A DNA stretch of 64,000 nt from positions 1 through 64,000 of the forward strand of contig CAJFCJ010000022.1 in assembly GCA_904063045.1 (NCBI GenBank), written 5' to 3'. Below, piece after piece: positions 1 to 10,041 of the stretch. Position 1 is the stretch's first letter; each line of letters begins with the position of its first letter. Source of the DNA: Dimorphilus gyrociliatus (lineage: Eukaryota > Animalia > Annelida). The notes below the pieces were generated by a model. It saw nothing but the letters and a program-made list of their open reading frames with translations. It ran no database searches and was not told where the DNA came from. Both the position numbers and the translations under genes were made by a program.

Positions 1-219
1 AAAATAAGAATCTATAAAAGCCTATTGGAAAATATTCTTTTCCATTCAAAAAAATGGAAAAAAATATTTGACCTCCGTAAACGAGTAATTCCTGGGCAAC
101 GTTCAAGAATTTAATTTTTTAATGGATGTGTATATTCCGTATTTTGGGATTTAAAAATGCGAAAAAAACGAAGTGTTAAAAATTTCAACATACCAGCTTC
201 GAACAGGTCGGCAATAACG

Positions 220-460
220 CTTCCCCAATCAGTGACGTATATCTCCCAAACTTTTTCCTCCTTTCGGCGAATTATATAATTCATCTATAGTCAATGGTGA
301 AAATGAAGTCTCCGAAAAAGTTTTATCTCTAATCTCCATTCCTTCTTTCTTACGTTTCCGTGACTCGAGTGACGACGATTCCCTCTACGGTTCGAAGGGG
401 GCGCTGTCTAACTTTTTAGAGAGGAGGGGGTAAAAAGCGACCACCACGTGACTTGAACGC
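220..460. promoter_or_regulatory. GC-richer promoter-like motif cluster
   Basis: CCAAT (CCCCAATCAG), GTGACGTA CRE-like site, AAGGGGGCGCT CTCF-like core at 395-405 and CCACGTGAC E-box in a locally GC-richer stretch; target gene not visible in the window. Confidence 0.3.
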
Positions 461-1380
461 CGTATAGGAACAATGGTCTATTTGGTTGGGGAGCGCGACT
501 AATCGACCACAAAAAGGATTGTAATTGAGTTCTGCTGATGCGCAATGTTACTGTCTGTTTCCTTTCTATATTTTTAAAGATGATAAAAGAAAAGGAAGTT
601 TTCCCTTATCCGCTTCATAAATATGGGTGGAGTTTGATTTTTGGTTGATCTGTTCAAGAAAAGCTGCTAATTTCACCTCAGTGGGAGTTTAATAACAGTA
701 ATGGCGATTTGATGTATATATTAGGGGTCTAATTTTGTCTTGAGCATATTGCATGGGTATTACCTAAGGCATTTCCCCCACCCTTAGAAAATAAGAGTGA
801 ATTGCGTATCATAAATAATTATATACATTTTACTCCACAAGAATCACACTGCTTGACCAAACAGAACGCATCTCATTATATATCTTAGAGATTGAAACAT
901 TGTTGATAACAGATAGGAAAGTTTCACATTAAATAAATATTATATAGTCACTTCCTTGAACGTCTCTGTTGTTTAATAAATAAAACACTTTATTATCTGT
1001 TCTTATGTAATAGTGTATACTTTCTTATCAGTTGTATTCTGTTGAATAGAAAGTAAGTGACAGAGACCTACTCTATCTAGTCTATAATTTAGATTGTATT
1101 ATTAAGAAGTAAAAAACTTTTGGAAGAGAGCAGAAAGAGAGTAGAGAGACTTTTACTCTTTAACTCTCCTTCTCCTCCTTATCCGATATTCTTTCTTTCT
1201 CTTAAAACTTCAATATCAAAACATAAACAAAAAACAACTTTTAAAAAGACAAATAACATATTTTATTTTACTCTATTTGCTCTCTTGAGGATGATAATAT
1301 CGGTTAAAAGTTTACTATCAGAGGTTTCGTTCAACTTTTCATTAGGTCATACGACCCCAACAGGACAAGGTTGCAAAGTA

Positions 1381-1570
1381 TAGATGGCGCTAATTACCAC
1401 TTAGTGGACATCTATTGGTTGAATATGAATTAATAGCATTAACGAAAGGGATTATCATTGAAAACACAAATGACGATAGTAATATTGAAAATTAATTAAT
1501 TGACCCATAAGTAATAGATATAATAAAGGAGGCAAAAAAAATACCCCGTTATTGAAATCTAGGTGGCGCT
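1381..1570 (+). promoter_or_regulatory. Two CTCF-like cores
   Basis: TAGATGGCGCT at 1381-1391 and TAGGTGGCGCT at 1560-1570 match the YAGRKGGCRS core of the CTCF motif; the 5' flanks match poorly. Confidence 0.35.
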
Positions 1571-2117
1571 CTAGTAGATATTTTTGAAATTTTGAAAAGA
1601 TTGTACTTGGTAATAGTTTATTAAAGAAAGATCAGATATATAATTAAAGTTATTTAAAAATTAGCACTTGGAAAAAATATGCAATTAAAATTGTTCTAGT
1701 TTTGTATTTTTCATATTTTGAAATATTAATATTCATATAATTTATATTTTTTACCGTTAAAAAAATCAACTAAATACTGCGAGGCACGTGCCCCGCATAA
1801 AAAATAACCCTGAGGTGAAACAATACGCGCTATGGGCCTCACGTAATAAATTAGTCCCAAATTTTCATCATTAAATACTTATGAATTATTTATTTATTTG
1901 TTGATTAGATGACTTAAGAAGGGAAATTTGAAATGTAAACGGAGGAAAAAACATTATCTAATGTTAAATAGCGCCTTAAGGATGATTTTAAGAAATTAAT
2001 TCATTAGCGTAGGCCTATTATGTAAGACGCTTGTTTTTTTGGCGGGTAAAACGGGCCTATTTTTTATTTTTTTTAACGTCTGTTATCATTAGTACGCATA
2101 TTGTTTTCCTGGACAAA

Positions 2118-2515
2118 ATGGAGATGAGACCATCGAACTACCGTGCTTTTAATTTGTGGGAGAATTCGTGGCCACTAGATCTTTGGCCAGAAGTGGTTGA
2201 GAAAACTAAAGGAGCAGTGGTGGAACCAATCCAACGGTTTAGTAAAACTTTTATTCCAATGGCTAATACATCATACCACCCTATAATCAATCAGAAGCCA
2301 TTTGTCATATTTGCATTCTTAATTAACTTTCCCTTTCATTTTTCTCTTTCAGCCGACCAACTATTATTTGCACATTCTGCAATGGTCCAAACCATACTAG
2401 GAAGAGCTGCTATGTCCTGAAGCAGACACTCTGTCCTATTTGTCTGAAAAATGGTCACACACTCAGACATTGTAATTTTTATAAAATCCGGAGCGTCTTC
2501 GTCAAATGGTCTTAA
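2118..2515 (+). CDS. Small Nanos-like double-CCHC zinc-finger protein (~93 aa, 2 exons: 2118-2236, 2353-2515)
   Basis: After the acceptor TTTCTCTTTCAG (2352) the frame reads RPTIICTFCNGPNHTRKSCYVLKQTLCPICLKNGHTLRHCNFYKIRSVFVKWS*, i.e. two CX2CX4HX4C fingers. That frame is closed upstream (TAA 2324), so splicing is required. The phase-2 donor CG|GTTTAG at 2237 joins it to ATG 2118; GTTTAG is also used as a donor in the IR gene at 28-31 kb. Confidence 0.6.
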
Positions 2516-3294
2516 GCTACTGGGCATCTCTACCAGTGTCTGTTCAGATGTCTCTATCACAAAGGGCACTTGACGCCGGCGTCTACGACGTATTTCCGAT
2601 AACTTTTAACGAGACACTTTTAAACATGGCTCGAGACCCGAAGTTTGCGGTTATAGCGTCGCATCGGCCGTTCGCCATACTTACAGCGAAAGTAAGTATT
2701 TTTCAATAGAAACTATCATTTTCTAATGTTAAGTCTTTGAAGTTGAGCAATATTTGCTCTGCTACCAACAGATTATTATTTGGCGCTCTACCATTAGAAG
2801 GCAGACATTTACAACTTCATTCAGATATCCGCCATTTTATAAGTAAGCATAACTTAGTATAACGTAGTGTTTAGTTTACAAACTTGCATAAACTTTCTAT
2901 TTCGCCTGATATTGTTATATTGTTTAAAGACAAACAGCTTCTTTAGTTTTCTATAACTCATATATATCTTTATCTTTCCGTTTAGTGCTTCTCATCTTTT
3001 TCATTCATATATTGTGCCTGCTTGCTTATATGAATAAAATACATCTTTGCTTTAGTTTTTCACATATTCCTACATTAAGCAAGTTTATTAAATATTTTTT
3101 TTTTAAAAAAAACGACACGTATAAACACAGCAAAAAAAAAAACCCAGATAATATGATTAATGTTTGTTTATATGACATCAAACAACTTTCTTTTTTTTAA
3201 AAAGCGTCTAAAAATTCTAATTATAATTATTTTTAAAAAAAAACATATTATACTTTGTTTGACAACGATATTTTCACTTTTCTGTCGGTATATT

Positions 3295-6200
3295 TTAAGT
3301 TAATCTTGAACTTCGGCGTCTAGAAGGTAAGATTGAATCAAGTCTGTGGTAGTTTGTTAATCTCCTTCCATTTAGTACCCTCTTCACTATTTGGAATAAT
3401 TAGTTCATATTGTAAAGGCATTGTGTAAATTGTAAATGATAAGAGATAAAATAATTACTAGAAATCTTCTTTCTTCTTCTCTCTCTCCTCCAACATTCAA
3501 CACCTCTGCAGGCTTTAAGACTTTCTAACGATTCAATTAGTTGTTGAAGACGAGACGGTGTTAAATTTCGAATAGCGTTCACCAACTGTAAATAAACATT
3601 GAGATAGTACTAATTAATTAGACCATAGGCCTTTTAATTAGCTAAAAGTATAAAACTAATTTATTGCTTGTGTATCATTTATGCAAATAAAGGTAGATAA
3701 ACACTTTAGTAGGAAATGGCTGTTTTGCGTACGTGATAGTATTCAAAATATGTAACATTTGATAAAAAACGGAATTATAGAAATATTATGCAATAAAGTT
3801 ATTTTTAATTCGATGTGTATATGCTTGCAAAATGCAAGGATCCACGAGAATCCGTTTAAGATTTATCGGTGAACGAACTGTCGATGACCTGAAGTATGAA
3901 GTCATTGAACTTCTACGCTAGGTCGTACAAATGTTTCGGTGTCTTGGGAGAACCTACCGCCCCTATATGTAATAATAAATTAACCTCGTCCATAATAAAA
4001 AAATATTTATATCAAGGTCAACGGACTATTTAGAGAGTTACTACAGATATGGAGTACTACATTCAATTAATTCATGAACCAGGCTAAAAAAGAATAAAAT
4101 ATTAAAGTGAAAAGATCAACGACTCTGCTGTCGAATGAATAATGATTTTAGTACGATTGAATAAAATTGAGTGTTTTTCTATTCTTAAAAAAATTAGTAA
4201 TGATAGAATGATATAAAGTATTTTAAATAGGCTTCTATTTTTATACCTGATGCGGATCCTTTTGAAAGTCATAATAACTGTAGAACCCAGTGATAAACTC
4301 GCAAAATAGGAAATTATGAGTGTCATTTACGGTCCTCAGACACCAATATGTATTGTTATTAGCATTCGAACAAAAACATATTGGATCCACTGAAATTGAA
4401 GAAAAAGGAGGCAAATTGTTAATGTATTTGATAGATGATTTAAAAATTTTTCAATATTCTATTTAACGCTAGAACTAATTACGATTCCAAAATGGTGCCG
4501 TGGTCCAATGCTTATTATCCATATAATGACATTCAACACCGGTTACTGTACAAGAAGGATGTTGCCGTCTAGGTAGTTTTCTCTTTCTTTTCCTATGTTG
4601 GCGAATCCTTGAGCTTCGTCTGGTTCTAACTAGATTAAAATACCAAGTCTTGCGTCAATACTACAAATGATGAGATTCAAATAAAAATTGCTTTTTTTTA
4701 ATTTTCTCGGAATCATCTATTGTTTTTATGATAGTTTAATTATTATATATAAATAAATAGTCGCTCCATCTGTCGCTCTTTTCCATTTCGCCAATCCAAT
4801 AATATTCAAAAGTCATTGGGTAAAGCTTAAAACTCATCTTACAGTCATATACACTTATAGCAATCGTCTACACACCTCTAAATTTACTTAATAAAGGCGT
4901 AATATGTATAATTTGATCATTTAATTTCAAAAACCTCTGTTATTTTAACAGCAAAGTTCAACAGTGTAAAAAGAAAAGAAAGGAATAGAATTTATAAAAT
5001 AAGAGTAATAAGATTAACAAAATAATTCACTTACTTTTCCATAAAGGTTCGGTTTTCCAATGCTCTCTGTCATGTTCAAAACATTTCATCCCTTTTTCGT
5101 CGCATTCTATTCTTCTCTTTGGTCTGATCGATCGTGTTTTTCTTCTTTTTCGATTACAATTACAAGTTTTTGCCATTGCCATCAGCTTCTTTTGAAATTT
5201 CTCCTGATTCTCCTTAAAAGCTTGACTATTTGTCTCATTAACAATCCGCTTAAAATCTCTTACATTTGTTCTTATAATTCGTAAAAGTCTCTTATTGATT
5301 AATTTATGCTTTTTACATTTTCTCAATAAACAATTAGATATTTCTGAGAAATTTGGGCAACGTTCTACTGTTAATTCGCCAAACTGATCCTTGACGCAAC
5401 GAAAGCCTCTATTAGTTGTACAGGGACCGTTATATTCTAATCTCTTGCAGACAACCTTTTTGCGTTCTTTTTTGCTAAGATAAAGATTTTTTTTTGCCTC
5501 TAATTTATCCCTTAGGCCTCTGTTTTTATCCGTTAGCTTTCTGTAAGTTAAGTAAAAATAGTTTGAAATCTAATTGGATTACAGTAATAATTAAAGCACA
5601 TATGAAACAGAGAACAAACCCTCTTTCAATTAGAATAGTGTGTCTCCACCCATTTTTTCTCTTAACAGCATTTCTGCCATCCTTTTTGATATAATTTGCC
5701 TTTGCCTTCGCCTTCGCGAACAAATGCAATATTGATCTACCATCCATACCGCTTGGGGTTTCAACTCCCCCAATGTCCAAAAGTGTGGGAGCTATATCCT
5801 CGTTAACAATTATATCTTCAAAAATTGAATTTGTAGGAACACCGGGACCCCTGATATAAAACGGTACTCGAATATCGAATTCATATGGCATTGCTTTGCC
5901 CTAAAAGTACTTCGTAAGTTAGAATATACAACTAATTAATTATAAATACAATACGATCTTATGAATAATGTAATTAAAGTGCCTTGATTTTAACGACTTG
6001 ATTCTGACTTACGACGTACTTTTAAAAGACCAAATTGACCCAAATGATATCCATGATCGGACGTGTAGATAATATATGTTTCGTCTAATATATTAAGCTG
6101 CACCAGGGTGTCGTAAATCTCTTTCACTAGCTCGTCTACACTCTGTAGAGTTTGTAGACGCTTACGCTGTAGAGTATTTGTGAAGCTTTTTTGTATAGGT

Positions 6201-6755
6201 TTCATCTTGCCTACATATTGCAAAATCCATTGTTTATCTGGATTAGGAGCATAATTCCAAGCTGCTGTATGATGATCCGTATTATTTGCGAACATATGTC
6301 TATGTCGTTCGGCAGCGTCTTCCGGACCATGTGGAGCTGGAACTGCTGCTACAGCCAAAAAAGGCTGCTTATTAGAATTTCTGACACTATCTTTAATAAA
6401 ACTAATTGTTTCTCTCTTAATAACATCTGTAAAATAATCACTTTCTTCACTACCATAATGAACCAATGAGCCGTTTCGTCGAACTTTATAATTATAAAAT
6501 TTTGAATTTTTATATAATCCCATCCAATTATCCCATCCAGGAGGAGTATAATTGCCTAAATATTTATTTAAATACTTTCCAATGTAGGACGTTCTATAAT
6601 TAGCAACATCCTGTAAATAAGTTGCAAACGTTTTCTTTTCATGAATCTGTTTTAGAGAGTAAAAAAGAAAATTTATTAAATTATAAGCAATCCCTTATCA
6701 GTACGATTAAATTATATTCTTAAAATAGTTATATCATACATATAAGTATATATAC

Positions 6756-6815
<60 letters not shown>

Positions 6816-7445
6816 CAAGTATATAATACTGTCAATTTTCTGTATTGTTCAAGTAAAGTTTTTAATAAGGAAACTATTTTGAGAAAGTTATATTAATTCA
6901 ATTGTACTTTTTGCACTGAGAGCCTATTCTTTGTTTAGAAAACAACTACGGTATTCTGTAATTATCTTAACTAACTTGTTTAAATTCTCTCTATATATTA
7001 GAAATATACATACATACATACATACATCTTTAATATATACTGTATATTAAGTACTTGTATAAATTTACGTATAACAAAATAGAATTGTTAAAATTCTAGA
7101 CGCGCTAACTTTGCAATTATAAAAGGGCTTTGATAGTAATTAATTTGAAACCTGTCTCCATTCTGTGCCAGTACAGTTATCATTGTTTGTGTAGACATTG
7201 TGATTATGCACGTACATTCCAGTTAGAAATGATGAACGAGAAGGGCAACACATCGGAGTTGAAACGTAAGCGTGTGAAAATTCAGACCCTTCCTTCATTA
7301 TCTGTCGAGTTCGATGCATAGTTTTCATTGATCCTAATTCTGCATCCTGATCGTCAGTCACGATGAGAACTATATTGGGTCGATTAGCAAGTACTTGTTG
7401 CAAAAGAAGAAAAATCACGACGTATGCAATTATTCCAAACATCAT
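3295..7445 (-). CDS. Sulf1: Extracellular heparan-sulfate 6-O-endosulfatase (Sulf1/2 family)
   Basis: Signal peptide; [11 protein letters not shown] formylglycine motif; [34 protein letters not shown]; basic hydrophilic domain; [11 protein letters not shown]-terminus. Exons 7445-7152, 6646-6020, 5900-5620, 5540-5035, 4389-4247, 3585-3459, 3386-3295 join in frame with GT-AG ends. The last intron is less certain; without it the stop is at 3400. Confidence 0.93.
4483..4629 (-). CDS. Duplicated/alternative Sulf exon (147 nt, phase 1-1)
   Basis: Encodes [48 protein letters not shown], homologous to the end of the preceding exon ([38 protein letters not shown]); flanked by TTTTAATCTAG acceptor and GTAATT donor. 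Confidence 0.8.
6762..6812. repeat. (TA)n microsatellite in Sulf intron 1
   Basis: About 25 uninterrupted TA units; a (TACA)n run is nearby at ~7006-7026. Confidence 0.95.
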
Positions 7446-7733
7446 TAGCCTTAAATGCAAAATTTCTCACTGTTCTTATTGAACCTGCATCCTTCATTTA
7501 AATGGAAAAAATTTGTAAAGTAAACATCGTTGATTACTAACAGATGCACTTTTCCATGGGTATTCGTACTTTAAGCGAATAGGATTACCAATCCGCCATT
7601 TTGATTTTACGGTTTTATCTTTTGTACGACATCTACCGGAAGTGGAAATAGATGTATTTACCTCTACCTTGGTTCGCAAGCGTTTCATTTAAACAGCGTA
7701 TAATTTTAGAGATATTCACGTAACTACGGTAAA
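7446..7733. promoter_or_regulatory. Bidirectional promoter between Sulf1 and SUDS3
   Basis: Head-to-head start codons 288 nt apart; YY1-like CGCCATTTTG (~7595) and ETS-type ACCGGAAGT (~7636). Confidence 0.55.
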
Positions 7734-9253
7734 ATGGAAAGAGACGATGATACTTCAAGTAGTGATATAGGTGAGCATTATTCTTCGAGTACTATTAAAG
7801 ATTATTTGGTTTCAATCTTCATCAAATTTAAGAATTGATAGCAGTGACCAATGCCATTAGATGATAAATTCTGATGATTCTATTGCAATTTCATTTATAA
7901 ATTAAGCAATATTTTGTAGATCATAAGCACAAACAAATCCAGTAATGGAAAATGGTCAAAGAAATGCCGTAAATTAGTTTATGCTTAAGTTATATTTGAC
8001 GTCTCTTTTTTGACATTGGCCGTCGTACTCAAGCCATGAATTCGATCGAAACAAGTCGTCTCTGCACTAAAGAGAATTATTAAAAGCTTTTCCGATGTTT
8101 AACTTTATCGAGGTAGAAAGATTTTATAAAAATAATGGTTTATCCAAAACCTCTTATAATAATCAATAAAAAAATTATAAATCAAACTCTTTCTGGAAGG
8201 AATTACTAGCAACATAATAATGAGAAACTAATGAAAAGCTTAGATTTTTCAGGATCGAAAATATAATTAATATTTTATAAAAATTATCTCTCGATACAGA
8301 AAGTAGCGGCTGGCAAGACGACGCCTCAGAGCAAGTGTCTAATGGTGAAGACACCGAGGACGCAAGTGAAACTGAAGATCCGAAAGTAGAATATGAATTC
8401 ACTGAGATGAAAGAGCAAATGTATCAGCAAAAATTAGCCATGCTCAAGAGACAATTGCAGCAATTGGAAGAGGGCACTTTGCCAGAATATGTTAGAAAAC
8501 TCCGTAAAATCGACCAAGCTTATCAGGTGACCATCGCTGCTGTTAAATCTTTAATCGAGCATTAATTATTTTTTTTCACTCTAGGAGCGTTTAGAATTAA
8601 CGGAAGTCGCTAGAGAGTTGGAAATGGACCAGATAGAAGCAGAATATAGAATGGAAATGGACCGAGCTCAAACAGAATATGACGATGGCGTATTTCAATT
8701 ACGAGTTAACTTGCTACATGAATGGGAGGAGAAGAAAAAGAACCTTGAAATGGAAAAGCAATCTCTGGAACTATTGTCCGATAACGTCGAAATTAAACCC
8801 ATCGCCACAAGAAAGTTAAGGAGGAGACCCAACGATCCAGTTCCCCAAAATTCCGATAAGCGAAAGAAAATTACACCTGGCCAGGTCAACACTTTACTTG
8901 AAGAGAAACAAATTGCCGAAGATTTAAAACTTCTGAATAAACTATCTGGAAACTATAATAAAACAAAACCTCATCAGTACTCCCAACTGAGCAGCAATGC
9001 TGGCTTCTCAGACCACGGTCACATTTTCGACGCAAGAATAGACGAAGGAAAGCTCTACTACGATAAAAAATGCTTTCAAAGGGCCCAAAGCGTATTTGTT
9101 GAGACAAAAGAAGGAGGTAGAGTTCCAGGTGTTATAACAGCAATATCAAATCAAGATGTATGGGTGAAAAAACAAACTGAACAGAATAAAATGCGAATTA
9201 ATATCGTTCACTTGCAGAAAGGTAAGTACATTTTAAGAAAGAGATCACCTTAA
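7734..9253 (+). CDS. SUDS3: Sin3 histone deacetylase corepressor complex component SDS3
   Basis: [48 protein letters not shown] and [14 protein letters not shown] match SUDS3; exons 7734-7770, 8300-8526, 8585-9253 join in frame. Confidence 0.92.
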
Positions 9254-10041
9254 GTGCTCATTACGTCTGCAAATAGACAAGAAACGTAAAAAATAGTTCT
9301 CTTCATACATCTTGTAAAATATGGTTGGGAATCGGGAGAGAATGGGACAGGGAGGGATCTTTTTCGTTTGTTAATATTTTACCTGTGCTTGTTTTTATTA
9401 TAACTTAATAACTTCCTTTTGTTTTATTTTATTGTCGAATAAATACAATTTTTTATTCTTATAAATAGTTATACTCTGTTTGCCGATTTTGTATAAGTCT
9501 GAAAATACAAAAAATATCACTATTTCCCCCCTTTTTTTTCATTTATTTACTTTTTATCTAGTTTTTTTCTTCTATATTTTTTTTAAATAATAATTCTTTT
9601 TCTACAGTTGTAAGTATATTTTTATGTAAATTTTGAATTCAATTTTCATTTTGTAATAAATTTCATTTTAAATGAACTTATTATGCAATGATATAATCAA
9701 TTTCGCCGATTCTTTTATTAGTCCCTTGAATGACTCAACTGTAGTGTTAGGAAATTCCGTATTTTCCGAAATCGCAATTCTCTGCTTAGATTGTAGCTTC
9801 GAGCGGATCCTAGAATCCGTATACCTTTATTGCACAACATTAACAAAGGTTTTATGAAACCTCTATATATTCTAAATAACTTAAAGATTCGCAATTCGAT
9901 CACCGGGATATCTCCCGGTCACACTTTGGATAAGTAGAGTAATTAAAGTAAGTAATCGTTTTCGGGTAGTTTATATGTGCAATTTATAATCACGTGGCCA
10001 TCATTAGCAAAAGATTCTACTGAAAGATATCCAAAATATAC

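Noticed and set aside
1120-1383. 87-aa ORF
   Set aside because: TTG start, low-complexity AT-rich sequence, no homology or splice support.
2336-2569. Minus-strand 77-aa ORF
   Set aside because: It is antisense to the double-CCHC exon, which is the far better explanation.
9672-9903. Overlapping short ORFs between SUDS3 and RIOK3
   Set aside because: No recognisable motif or joinable start exon; probably UTR or promoter sequence.
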